Shown here piece by piece: positions 27,371 to 40,354 of a DNA stretch of 64,000 bases. The stretch lies in the NCBI GenBank assembly GCA_907165135.1, contig OU015569.1, positions 620,001 to 684,000 on the forward strand, in the 5' to 3' direction. The DNA comes from Oikopleura dioica (lineage: Eukaryota; Animalia; Chordata). The stretch's first letter is position 1. Each line of letters opens with the position of its first letter. The translations under genes and the position numbers were made by a program. The notes beneath the pieces were generated by a model. It made no database searches, was not told the origin of the DNA, and saw nothing but the letters and a program-made list of their open reading frames with translations.

Positions 27371-28456
27371 TCACTGCTGATCTGTTTGGCGCTGGACTTT
27401 GAACCTTCGCGGATTTTCTCCGCGGTCGATCGGAATGATCACATTTGTTAAATGCTGTAAATTTTCAAGAATCAGTTTCGCAATTTTCAATCCTACCTTT
27501 ATAATGGGCGAAAGATATCGCGCTGCCTGCATGTTGTTATCGATCAGCCTCCTGTCTTTGTCGAGCCTGTCCACGTCGTTTCCATATCTCGGATCGGCGT
27601 ACAGCACGTCCGCGGTCCTGTGCAGCTGGCTGCTCCACTGAAGAAGTGCGTTCCCAAGCTCGTCCAAGGGATTGCCCAAGTCGCGAACGACCGGGTTGGG
27701 TGGCGGCTCGCGGGACGGATCGTTGTATCGTGGCCTGTCGTTCGGATTGATGCCGCGCTTGGACGCCTTAACGCACTCGATGAAGTTGCGCTGGAAGATC
27801 GACATGTTTCGTATTTTGGTGGCTTCCTCGCCGCGGCCCATTTCGGGCGCGTAGCCTTCCTCTTCGTTTCGCTGGTTGTTGATAACGCGTCCCTCCTGCA
27901 CTGTCGGCGGGGGCCGCGGCCACTGCGAGTTCAGAACGTCGTTGTTGACAATGGAAAACTGCGAAATCGCCGCTTGATTGGGCTGGAGCTCGATACCTTG
28001 TCGAATAAGCCGGAGATTGTCGCTGTTAGGCATTCCAAAGGTGGCCACATCGAACTCGCCTTCGTTGAGCTTTTCAATGACGACTTCTTTGAGCTGCTGG
28101 ATGGTTGCGTCCTCGGCTATATTGATTTCTATGTAAGAAGAGTTGGGCAAAAGGACCTTCAGGGTTAACTCTGCACGAGCGCTTGGCTCGGCGATAGACG
28201 TGCTGGGAGAGCTTCTTTGGTCTTCGGGGATCCGAGACGGAGCTGCTTCTCGCACAGGCGATGCTGGGCTGGGCTGTTCAGAGGGCATAGGAGCGTCGAC
28301 GGGGAAGGAACGCGGGGCCGATCGATGGATTGAGTAATCTTCGCGTGGCCGTGGTCTTCGAGTACGTCCTGTTTGAGAAGGTTTGGAAATCGCATTATCG
28401 AGATTATTAATTAATTCAAATGAGCGGTAACAGAATGAATTTCCGGTGATTTTCAA
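27371..28456 (-). CDS. Ubiquitin-like-domain protein with a helical C-terminal region weakly reminiscent of BAG6; start uncertain (MPSEQ ~28290 or spliced from upstream)
   Basis: LTLKVLLPNSSYIEINIAEDATIQQLKEVV...NLRLIRQGIELQ...FSIVNNDVL shows the Ubl pattern; C-terminal DKDRRLIDNNMQAARYLSP. Confidence 0.65.
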   Translation of the reverse strand: MKITGNSFCYRSFELINNLDNAISKPSQTGRTRRPRPREDYSIHRSAPRSFPVDAPMPSEQPSPASPVREAAPSRIPEDQRSSPSTSIAEPSARAELTLKVLLPNSSYIEINIAEDATIQQLKEVVIEKLNEGEFDVATFGMPNSDNLRLIRQGIELQPNQAAISQFSIVNNDVLNSQWPRPPPTVQEGRVINNQRNEEEGYAPEMGRGEEATKIRNMSIFQRNFIECVKASKRGINPNDRPRYNDPSREPPPNPVVRDLGNPLDELGNALLQWSSQLHRTADVLYADPRYGNDVDRLDKDRRLIDNNMQAARYLSPIIKVGLKIAKLILENLQHLTNVIIPIDRGENPRRFKVQRQTDQQ

Positions 28457-28555
28457 AATAGCAAAAGGTCTTTCCGTTTCTGGATTTTGAATATATATTA
28501 TTGATATCCCAGAAATTGAGATTCAATGAATAATTTCCAGTCACGGATTTCCAAT

Positions 28556-29743
28556 CTAATCTCCTCCAAACCGCTCCTTGACAAGCTGGTCCGCCTGTAA
28601 CTTTTCGTCGCCGATTCGGAGCGTAATTTGCGTCAAGTTGTAGATCTTCTTCAATCCCCGTGTCTTCCGCCTTTTGTAGTTGATCTTGTTGAGCAGGCAG
28701 CCAATGTCGTCGTCGGATTCGTACTCTACTTGGATCGTCTTCTTCTGCTCTTCCGAATAAAGCTCAAGGATGTGTTCCCGCCGTGATCTTTTTCGCGATT
28801 CAAAGTTTTTCGTGACGCCGCCTTCGACGCTCAGAACGATTTCTTGTTGGTAATTACGAGCGCGCTCGTGCAGCGAATGTGGCTCTTCGACCGTAACTGC
28901 GCTTCTGCCCAATCGGTCCTGCAGGTTTTCGCCGATGGTTACGCCTGGTAGACGCCTAATATCGAAAACATCTTGGGTCACAATCACGAACTGGACAGGT
29001 CTTCCTTTTCGCAGCCGTTCTTTGTCATTTTCAGCGCACTCGACGATTCCAAAGATCTTGCTTTTTTCGCGATCTACTCTTATCGTCAAGCTTAAACTGG
29101 TCTAAATATGGGTTCAGGAAATGAAGAAAGCTAACAACTTTCAATCTATATGCATTTTTTTCTATTTGGGCTCAGGAATTAATCTCTTGAAAATCATAGT
29201 TTATTACATACTTTCGTTTCGGTGAGAATGGTTCTCTAGGATTCGGAAGCCGGGTTTTTATTCACATTTTCCTAGTTTATTGTGTGTTAATTAGCGCTTT
29301 CTTTTCCGATTCCGAGGACCAAGGTTTTGATATAATTATGTGGTATAAAGAGTAATTGAGAAAATGGAAAGCCGGGATGTTTTCACGTCAATCTATTATT
29401 AAATTCTGGCGAAGCCGCTACGATGATCTTCCAGACCCTGACTCAGGTTTTCTACACAGCTTGCTAGGAACTCTTTCTTCAATTTAAAAAATAATCCCCC
29501 CATAAAAAGACCAATCCTAAAAGGCAGTCCAACTTGGTAGTCCTCTACTGGATTGTCTTTGAGGCCGAGTACGTTCAACTCTGCTCCGTACTCGATTTCG
29601 AAGCTCCCCTTCAGCGTCGCCGTGAGATAACAGAACGCATGCGCCGCTTTTACAAATTTAACATGAGTTATTAACAAGTTTCTGGATAAGTCGCTTTCGT
29701 CGCGTTCGGCTTCGGAGGTTCCGGGAGATATCCCGACCTCCAT
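28556..29743 (-). CDS. Hypothetical protein, multi-exon; may be continuous with the downstream Ubl gene
   Basis: ATG GAG GTC at 29743 with coding-like exons (AAHAFCYLTATLKGSFEIEYGAELNVLGLKDNPVEDY) and a 177-codon open frame at 28556-29089. Confidence 0.5.
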
Positions 29744-29885
29744 TCCCTTTTTGGGTCCGAATTTCTGTCTGAAGTTTCTATTTTTTTGGATTGATCGGAG
29801 TCGAAGTTTAAAATATTCATTTATTGTTATTTGTCCCAGTTTTTTTTCATCAGATTTCGTGTTAATTAGTGGCAAAAGGTAAAAT

Positions 29886-31211
<1,326 letters not shown>

Positions 31212-31424
31212 TCTATGAAGAGAAGTCCTTATTTTCAGAAAAAAGTCATCTTGAAGAAGCTAAAAACGAAGTGTTTACAGTAGAAGAAGTGTTTCCCTGC
31301 CGTTTTCCTTCTTTTTCATCCCTCTCTCATCGCTGTTAGCCTTTCTCTCTTTCTCTTCTCGCTATTTAAATTTCCTCGCGCGCTGATTGGCGGGGCGCGC
31401 GTCCAAAGATTACCCGCGTATTTG

Positions 31425-31912
31425 GGACTGAATATGAGGCTTTAACTCGCCGTCTCCCTCGACGTGGACGTGGCGCGGGTGTCAGAATATCTGCCACGGG
31501 CGGAGAGGTCTCGAGTTCGAGTCCCACCGGCAGCTCCTTTGCCGGGAAATCATATCAAAAGCGATTATCACAGGACAGACTTGGATCTCTAAGGAGATTG
31601 TTCCTGAAGAGGAAAACCTGGAATTAAACCGTCTTCTCGGTTTTTGAGTCTGAGATACTCGGTAGGAGAGAGTTATTCAGAATAATAACTTATTCTCACT
31701 TAATTTTTCAATTTTGCCCGAGAAGTTTTTGTGCCCTTTTTCATTTCGAATAATAATAAATACTGACAAATAATTCTCCACCGTTGATTGTAATATTGTA
31801 TTCATAAAAAAATGGCGAAAAATGGAAATGGTGGTCGGAAGGCGTTCTATAAAAAGTAGCTAAATGGACTAAACTCTAGGTCCTATAGTCTAGGAGAGTC
31901 AACCTCTAATAT
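31425..31912 (+). mobile_element. Dispersed repeat, copy 1: GC-rich tRNA-like (A/B-box) head plus conserved AT-rich block
   Basis: 31425-31551 nearly matches 39389-39516, and 31722-31912 nearly matches 39653-39837, with unrelated spacers between. A-box-like TGGCGCGGGTG; B-box GAGTTCGAGTCC. Confidence 0.6.
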
Positions 31913-32180
31913 ATAAACACACGGTGCCAATACCAGCTGCTCTGTATGCTTTCCAATGATGCTTTCCAGGATGACAACCGTTGGTAGTACCAACTTGGTA
32001 CTGAATTTTTCATGATTGATACTGTAAATTGACGAGAAAATGCCTTGCCAGTGCAGTCAATAAAATACTGTCACCAAGAAGTAGTAATTTCTTCTTTGTG
32101 GTAAAAATAATCTGTTTATTTTCAGTAAGCGAAGCAGGTGATAAAAGATGGGCAGTGAAAACGGGCTCGCTATAGTTTTC

Positions 32181-35100
32181 CTATTTGCGGTTCATGTCCG
32201 CGATGAGCTTCTCCATGTACTCCTTCAACATGAGCGCCAACGCCTTCTTACGCTCGCTCTCTGCGACATGTTCCTCGGAGTCCTTCATCACCTTTTCCAC
32301 GTTTCGGCGCAGATCTTCCCGGGCCTTCTCCCTTTGCTCCAACTGCTCGTCGAATTGCTTCTTGACGGCCTGGATTTCTTCGATGCTTTCTTCCACCCGC
32401 GGCATGAGTTGGTTAATGCTCGCGAATTTCTAAAAAAAAGATCATTTCAGTTGAATGCATTCTGTCAATCCTACCTCTCTCACTTTCGCCATCACCTCCG
32501 GCGGCAGGTTGGAGCTAGGAAGAGCCGTTGCCGGCTTTGACTTTTTCGGAGGAGGCGCCAAGTTCAAGTCAGCTGGGCTGCTGTTGCTCTCGACTGGCAC
32601 ATCCGGAGTCGAGCCTCTCATTTCGCCTGAAACTTTACTCGAGGAGGTCGCTTCATCTTCTTCCATCGTGGCAATTTCGAGGGCAGTTGCTTCTTCTTGC
32701 TTGACTTTCTTCGCCGAAATCTCGATCTCCGGTGTTCCAGCGGCGATCGTCGGGTTAAGCAGATCCTCTTCTCCTGCTTCCGAGTCGGATTTTAACTCTA
32801 TAACTTGTTTTCAAACTTAAGCCATTCGATGGGCAGATACCTTTCGTTGCGCTGGCGGGAACTGGACTGGCAGCTGTAGTTTCCAAAGAGAAGCTTTCCT
32901 CTTTCTCTGCAACAAAGAAGAAAGGCCCTTCTCTTTTGACCACATCTTCAGTATTCTCTCCGTGAAAGGTGGAGTTTTTATTGAAGAAAATCGTCACTTC
33001 TTGGCCGCCCAATTCCTCGCTTTCCATCTCCAACTGGATGACGACCTTGAAACAGATTTTAATCGAAAACGATCACAAGATTCAAACTTACATTATTCTC
33101 ACTCTTCTTGATTGCTGCTCTCTTCATCTCGTACTTGAAGATGGGAACGAAGTCGACCTCGTTGGAGCCTTCGATGATGACCATCATCAGCGCAAATTTT
33201 CTTTGGAAGGAGAGATACGCCCTTTGAAACTCCTTCTTTCCGATCATGACTTTTTCGATCTGATCGAAAGCGTTGATGGTTCGGAATATTCGGCAAAGTT
33301 CCGCAAGACTAGGTTTGTTTCCCAGGTACTTGGCGAATTCCTCGAAGTTCTCGAAGATTTCTTCTTTATTCTTTCCTTGAGCATCTGAAATGGAAGATCG
33401 ATTCCAAAAATTTAATTTCTATGTTATAATTACTCACACAGAGTCTGAAGCAATTTGAAGCCAAAGACTTGAACAGGCGCTGGTTGCTCTTGACGAAGAC
33501 AGGGTGCTCGATTCGTCTCGTCAAATTCGTCCAAAACGAGGACGAGACGAGACGAGAAAATTCGTCGTCAATTCGTCGTCCGAGAGCCCGAAAAATCCTC
33601 GTCAAAACTCGTCATGACGAATTTTTTTTTCATTTTCGTCCGCTCGTCCCACCGAAAATAGTTTCCGGTCTCGTTTTTTTTCGTCCCCTCGTCAAACCGA
33701 GATTTTGGGAAAACCCAAGACAAAAAAGGGGAAATGAGTCATTTTCCCTTCTCGACTAATCAAAACCTATTTATCCGGTGACATTTCACCCTTTTCGATT
33801 CCGTTTTTTAAAATCATTTTTTTCCTTATTTTTATTCTGTCGTTCACATTTCTGAGAGAAAATTTTTCCTGTCTGAAAAAACTAACTACAAGATACCTTT
33901 TCTATAAATAAGGTATTTAATATTTTATCGAGGGCAACATGGCTAATACCAATTGTGATCTTCACTGAAGCTGACCATGTTGGTAGAGGCTAGTTGCACT
34001 TAATAGTAACATGGCTGACACCGACTCATCGGTAGATGTTAGTTACTAAAATAATGTTAGAATAATAGGTTTAGGAATTCGCATGGCCGATACCGATTGC
34101 GATCTTTTCTGAAGTTGACCAGGTTGGTAGAGGCTAGCGATATTCTAAGGGGCATGGTTGATACCAATTGTGATCGTCTTCGACGCTGACCATGTCGGTA
34201 GATGCTAGCGATTTTTCTTGAATCAAGATGAAATAATTCAAAAAAAATAAAATCATATTGGGTGGAAAAAATATAAATTTCACGAAATTACAAAGTCGTT
34301 TCTTCGTTAATTTTTTAAAAATCTGATTAAATGTCGTGATAGAGTAGGTCAAGTTCTATATTTTCCGAGAAAAAAATTCGAAATGGAAAAGTTTTTTTGC
34401 CGTTTAGAGGACATTGAAGTAAATTTCTGCTGACAGCGATTGCGCAAAAAGTACCCATTAGGGACTCCAATTTTTTGGCGGAAATATTTTCTCGAGAGTC
34501 TGAACTAGAGCGCCAGCTATTTTCTTGTCCATTCTGATTAGTTTATCACCGGTTTATCAGCAATCAAAGTTAGGTGAAAATTTCGCTGTGGTGATGAGCG
34601 CGGCGGTGACTAAGCGTCGTGGTGGCGCTGTTGCCCACCCTACCCTGTTGCTCCAATCGAAATCGCTCGAATGAGATTTTCACTCGTGCTTGGCTAGGGT
34701 GCGCCACAGCGTCACCGTGCCGCATTGTCATTGCCGCGCTCCCCGTCTCATCACGATTTTCGTCTGACTTTGATCGCTGATAAGAGAAGGATCGCGTAAT
34801 CAAAACGAAATAAAAAATAGATGGCGTCTTACTTCAGATGCTCAAGAATATATTCCGTCAAAAAATAAGCCGGTCCAATGAATACTTTTTACGCTAGAGC
34901 CGTCAGTAGAAATGTACTTCAATTGCCCTTTGACAGCTTTAGGACTTTTCAATTTCAGATTTTTTCTCGGAGAGTATAAAACTTGACCTGTTTTATTCAC
35001 ACGTCTAGTCAAAATTTGAAAATATTTAGAGAGAAAAGATTTTGTAATTTCGTTAAATTTATATTTTTCCACCTATTCTTATTTTTTAATACTAGACCAG

Positions 35101-37750
35101 GGATGGAAATATGACAAAATTTTCCGGCGGCATCGGCACGGCACGGCACAACCAAATACCCGTGCCGCGGCACGGTACGGCACGGCACGAAATTCGATAA
35201 TGGAGTGCCGCGGCACCACGGCACCGCACGGCACAAATTTGAATCATATAGCTTATTTTTATTAAAAGAAATTTAATCTTCTAGTGTACTAATATAATTT
35301 TCGAAAGTTTAAATGAAAACCATAATATAGTTAAAATCTTGGATAATTTGAATTTTTCAAAATATGGGTGAGGGTGAGGTTGGGGACATTACTAAGATGA
35401 TGAATGAAAATGGCATTCTCGGGACCAAATCCTGACCTCCTTGTTTCTTGTGCTTATCTGAAAGCCCATGATCTAAGGAGTCGAATGGTATATAACTTAG
35501 GGTCTTAGTCATAGATAATGACGTCATTTTGGTCGAAATAAGGGCCTTATGGGGAAACCTATGTAGTGCCATAACTTTTTATTGGACTTATTAGTTACGT
35601 TGATTTTGGGCTCATTCGATAGAGGAACTCAAGATCTAGGTCGGGAGCTATAAACCATGGTTAACCGACCGGTTTCAAAATTTTGACCACGTGGTTTACC
35701 GGGTGGTTGACCGCGATTTTCCCCTCCCGACCTAGATCTCGAGCTGCTCTTTCTAATGAGCCCAAGATAAATATACTTTTATAAGCTCATTTAAAAATTA
35801 GAGCACTACATAGGTTTTGACCAAAATAGGTAGCCCTATGACGTCATAGTTGATGACTAACACCCCTTACCTATACCATTCGACTCCCCAGATCACGGGC
35901 TTTAAGATAAGCACAAGAAACATGAGGGTCAGGTTTTGGTCCCGAGAATGTCATTTTCATTAATCAGATAGCAGTGTTTCCAGCCAATGTCAAGCCCCTT
36001 GAATTCAAAAATCAAGTAACGGGGCTGAAACGGCCCGAAGGGCCGTCAAGCCCTTGAATTCAAAAATCAAGGAACGTGCCGCTCAGATTTCTATCACTGG
36101 TTTTCGATTGGCTTATTTTGCGAAAGAAAAATCTCGCTTGGACGAGAATTCTCGGTGAGATGAGTCATTTATAAAATTCGGTTGGACGACCTGGACGAGT
36201 TTTTTCGGTCTTCGGCTTGACGAGCTTGACGAGTTTTTTCGGTTTTCGGTTTGACGAGCTTGACGAATTTTTTCGTCCTCGTTTTCGTCCGTTTTTCGTC
36301 CGTCCGGCGAGGATTTTTCGTCCTCGTCCGTCATTCGTCCGGGAGAATTTAAAAATTTGGACGAATCGAGCACCCTGGACGAAGAATCAGGTCGACTATT
36401 TTCTTCGCCATCGATTTTTCTGGCAAGTATCCGTCGCTCAATTGGAAGAGCATCGTTAGTTTGATGAACTCCAGATGTTTTGATGGCAGCTTCAGCTCTT
36501 TCTTGATGACTTAAATTTGCAAGTAGCTTTTTAGTTTAAACTTTCCAGGCAAAAACTTACAGAAATCGTCGAAAAGAGCGCACATCGCCCGGAAGAGCTC
36601 CTGTCGAATCTTGGCGCTTTTTTCATCATGCCAAAGGTCGAAAACTCGTGCAAGAAGATGCTGCGTCTTCACATACTCGTCTTCTGATTGCGACTCTGCG
36701 TATTTCTCGATGCCGCTAAAAAGAGAAATGACAGGATACACGACGTTTAGCACAAAGCGACGTTTGGAACAAACGACGTTTGGAACAAAGCGACGTCTGG
36801 AACACTGTTCTAAACGTCGTTTTATTCCAGGCGTCGTTTTATTCTAAATGTCGCTTTTCAGTCTGAAACGCGTGGGCGCCCAGAACGAATTAGATTGAAA
36901 TGAGAGCAAGTTATTTGCCTGAGTTTTCCTCAAGATATTAATTTGATAAACAGTATAAATTCGATAGAATAACAATACTGATTATCTTATGATATATTTT
37001 ACCGAATAAATATATTATATAACATATATGTATGTGATTTAAATATGTAACTTATTCAAAAACCCGAAAAATCTGATAAGAATAACCTCAAATAATATTG
37101 AATGATATTAACATGACTCAGAAGAGTAAAAACCTCGTCGGTTTGTGGAAAACGTCGTTTTTCAAACTGATTCTAGTCCAAATCATATTTTTGAGAGCGC
37201 CTACGCAATTCTTAGCGAAAAGCGACGTTTAGAATAAAACGACGCCTGGAATAAAACGACGTTCAGAATATTGTTCTAATCGTCGCTTTGTGCTAAACGT
37301 ACTTGTTCCAAACGTCGGTTTGTGCTAAACGTCGTGTATCCGAAATGACACGCGTTGCAGGAAAAACTACTTTACCAAATGAGCTCTTTGATGAATTGGG
37401 GGAGCCAGACTGCTTGGAATTCGGTTTCGCCAGGTCTTTCTCTGAGGAATCGTTTGATAATGCCGATGACCATGTCGGGCCCATAATCTTCCTCGTAGAA
37501 GATGGCGTCGTCGGTGATGATGTCCGCAAGGAGCAAAAACTCGTCCTCGCGCTGAAAGGAAATCAACGAAGAGAGTACGCAAGTTATAACTTACCCAGCC
37601 TTCGCCGAGCGGTCCGTTCCTCGCGGCTTCGCCCAAGGACTTCATGTTAATCCCCTCCTCATCATTGAGAACGTCTATTATTGACGGACCGAAGCCGGTT
37701 TCCGCCTCTTGCTGCGAAAACTCGAAACCGTTTGGTGAAGAAGAATCCAT
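32181..37750 (-). CDS. Orphan multi-exon gene (helical N-terminus, acidic linker, C-terminal coiled coil) interrupted in an exon by a 2.9-kb hAT-type element
   Basis: Exons join in frame with GT-AG: MDSSSPNG...; REDEFLLLAD...FIKELI|CGIEKYAES...LFDDF|FIKKELKLPSKHLEF...KKIVDLILR[insertion]QEQPAPVQVFGFKLLQTL|YAQGKNKEEIFENFEEFAKYL...; ends KLIADMNRK*. Confidence 0.7.
33945..34210. repeat. Degenerate ~50-bp repeat units inside the hAT element
   Basis: ataccaattgtgatc...ctgaccatgttggtagaggctag recurs at ~33945, ~34090 and ~34160, with a partial copy at ~34010. Confidence 0.7.
35098..35240 (+). mobile_element. Solo end of a second hAT-like element (CAGGGATGG plus GGCAC subterminal repeats) nested in the large element
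   Basis: cagggatggaaatatg followed by many cggcacggcac/gtgccg repeats; matching right TIR not found. Confidence 0.55.
35400..35965. mobile_element. ~560-bp foldback MITE nested in the hAT element
   Basis: aatgaaaatggcattctcgggaccaaa...ttgtttcttgtgcttatc...gagtcgaatggtat versus ataccattcgactc...gataagcacaagaaac...tttggtcccgagaatgtcattttcatt. Confidence 0.85.
36734..37341. mobile_element. 608-bp Mutator-like MITE with long TIRs and 9-bp TSD GAAATGACA, intronic
   Basis: TIR GGATACACGACGTTTAGCACAAA / TTTGTGCTAAACGTCGTGTATCC; TSD at 36725-36733 and 37342-37350; arms built of ACGACGTT repeats. Confidence 0.9.
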
Positions 37751-38029
37751 CTCTCTTTTTCAGACTGAAGAATGATCGGGCTCTTTCGCTTCGAGTGAAA
37801 AAATGGGAAAGTCTAGAAGTAACTCTGGGTGCTTATTGGACAACTTCCGAAACGGAAATTTCCGAAAACTCTTTTCTCTCTTTTTCAAACTCAGCAGAAA
37901 AAACTGGCTTTTCTGGATTTCCGATTCGAGTCGAAAACGTCGACTCTCGTTGAAAAGGAAGACGGCCGAAACCCAGAACGAAGTCTTCTTCAGTCAAGTA
38001 AAATCGAGAATTTGAATTTTTTGGAAAAG

Positions 38030-38980
38030 ATGGAAAAGAAGGAAAGCCAGGAGTCGGGGGAGGAAGGGTTGATGGAACTCACTGAAGAGCAGCGAGATGG
38101 GAAACGGGTTGATAAAACAGACAATTTGTAGAGACCATTTTTTAATGAAGTTTTCTTGATTGTTAGATGCAACTAATAAGTTAGCGCTACTGAAAAAGTG
38201 TATTCTTTTCGAGTTTCCTTGAAAAGTTACAGAACTCTTCTTCTTTCGAAGCTCCAGAAAAGTCGCGAACTTGGTAAGTTCGAATTCTAAATAAGTGCTT
38301 TCGCATGTCACAGTGACTGTTTACTGTTTCACGGGCGCGAAATTCAGAGGCAGAAAGAGCGAAAATAAAGAGCGATTTGAGAAAGGCGAAGAAGAAGAGC
38401 AAAGCTGCGAAAACCAGCCTTGTTGGCTACCGCGAACAGGTCTTCGAAAAGAAAAGCAAGGTGGCCGCCAATTTTTCGGAAGTGAAGAACAAAGCGGCCA
38501 GGTATTCGTCCTTTATTTTGAAAAAGAGCTTTACGGTTATCCTCAGTCTCGCCACTGAATTCACAGGCTTGTTGCTGGCCCCATTCGAAGTCAAAAAGTC
38601 TGCAACAGGAATGAATTCAATCAAAGCATGACCACTTTTCGGGGCGCCACTGGTTATGTCGCCGAGTGTCGCTGAATGTCGAAAACTCTCTACTTTTGAA
38701 CAAAAACAAAAAATTGCGACATTCAGCGACATAACCAGGGCGCCCCACTTTTCGAGTGTTTTTTTAATTCATTAAAAAGCTTGGTCGAGAGCGAGTCTGA
38801 CTTTACCAAGATTCCCATTTACAAGGAGCTTCAAAAGGTATCTTCTTTTGCCATTTCTTTTGATCTGATTTTTATTAGCAAAGAGTGCTGGCAGAAGAAA
38901 TTGCGGCGATCGAAGCAAGTCGAGATGGCGAACGAATGGAGGTTTGTGAAAACGACGTTTTTTCAAATAAGTAATCGTTA
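38030..38980 (+). CDS. Hypothetical Lys/Glu-rich protein, multi-exon, divergent from the 37750 gene
   Basis: Coding-like blocks MEKKESQESGEEGLMELTEEQ, KSDLRKAKKKSKAAKTSLVGYREQVFEKK, LVESESDFTKIPIYKELQK|QRVLAEEIAAIEASRDG. Confidence 0.4.
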
Positions 38981-39388
38981 GGTTTCCTGCGAGCCCGAAG
39001 AACAGTAAATCGAATGAAGAAAGAAGGAGAAAGAGTCAATAGCTAGAAAGTTTTCTGCTTGTTTGTTTTTCGAATTTTTGACCAAAGAAAAGAAAAAAGA
39101 ACAAAAATTTATTTGCGTGTTTTTTAATCTATCTTTGCAATAGATTTTGCTTTTTTTGAGACTTGAATAGAGGAGTCTCTAGAATTGTCGCAGGCAAGAG
39201 ATATGTTTATTCTTCTCTACAAACCGACGATCTCATACTCCGATTTTTTCCGTTGTATCAGTTTTACTTTATTTACAGAAAACAAACATTAAATCTAACA
39301 AAATCAAAGCCAATTTTCTTTTTGTATTTTATAGTTTGCCGCTGTCCATCCGCCTCGCTGTCGATTTCTTGTCGATTCCGCCGATTTC

Positions 39389-39837
39389 GGACTGAATATG
39401 AGGCTTTAACTCGCCGTCTCCCTCGACCTGGACGTGGCGCAGGTGTCAAAATATCGGCCACGGGGCGGAGAGGTCTCGAGTTCGAGTCCCACTGGCAGCG
39501 CCTATGCCGGGAAATCTAAATAATTGCGAATTAGTCTCGATTGAAAATCGATCGAAAAATGAGAGAAAGTCGAGAAATCTACAAAAGCATTTTTTTCTAA
39601 AAGTCGAAATTCAAAAGAAGATGACGAATAAAATAGTATGTAGAATAAGGCCGAAGTTTTTGTGCCCTTTTTCAATTCGAATAATAATAAATACTGACTA
39701 ATATTTCTCCGTTGATTGTAATATGGAATTCATACAAAACTAATGGCGAAAAATGGAAATGAAAATGGTGATCGGAAGGCATTCTACAAAAAGTTGCTAA
39801 ATGGACTAAACTCTAGGAAAGAGTCAACCTCTAATAT
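39389..39837 (+). mobile_element. Dispersed repeat, copy 2 of the tRNA-like-headed element
   Basis: See copy 1; A-box-like TGGCGCAGGTG and B-box GAGTTCGAGTCC lie about 40 nt apart. Confidence 0.6.
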
Positions 39838-40354
39838 AAAAACAGTCCGTTTCCGCCTGACTCTCGGCTTTTGACAGTAACTGTCACTCGGCATACTTAA
39901 GACTTGCCCGGCGTTAAATCCGAATTTTTCTATTTCGAATCTCTGATATGAGGCTTTTTCTGTCTTTATTGGGAATTTATTCTGCAAAAATGAAGCGCAA
40001 GAATGAGAGAGCTGAGGATGAATGCACCAGATTAGGTTCAAGGGCGTAAATTGATTAGCTGCGCTCGGCAACCTGTGTAAAAACCTGAGTCAGGGTCTGA
40101 ACGATCTCTAATCAAAAGCCGCGTAGCGGCTTTTATAAACGAAGCCGAAAAGCGGCTTCGCAAAATTACCTTTCAACCAACAACAAAAACCCTGACTCAG
40201 GTTTTTTACACTGTTTGTCGAGTCCAGGTAGAGTTTAGGAAATTTATGTTAGTTAAAGTGATGTCCTTAGAGCCTTAAAATAGAAGGGACTCAAGGTAAA
40301 TCTTCATATTTAGAATTTCAAGCTGATTTTTTAAACAAACTTTCAGCTTCAAAA

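Larger units (their letters stand above)
33500..36377. mobile_element. Non-autonomous hAT-type element, 2878 bp, 18-bp TIR CAGGGTGCTCGATTCGTC, 8-bp TSD GACGAAGA
   Basis: TSD at 33492-33499 and 36378-36385; dense GACGA/TCGTC subterminal repeats at both ends; no transposase ORF inside. Confidence 0.93.

Noticed and set aside
31425-31551. Vault RNA or functional tRNA identity for the GC-rich repeat head
   Set aside because: GGCTTTAACTC and GTTCGAG resemble vault or tRNA boxes, but the T-stem and acceptor stem do not pair and there is no clean oligo-T terminator in both copies. It is left as an unassigned Pol III-like element.
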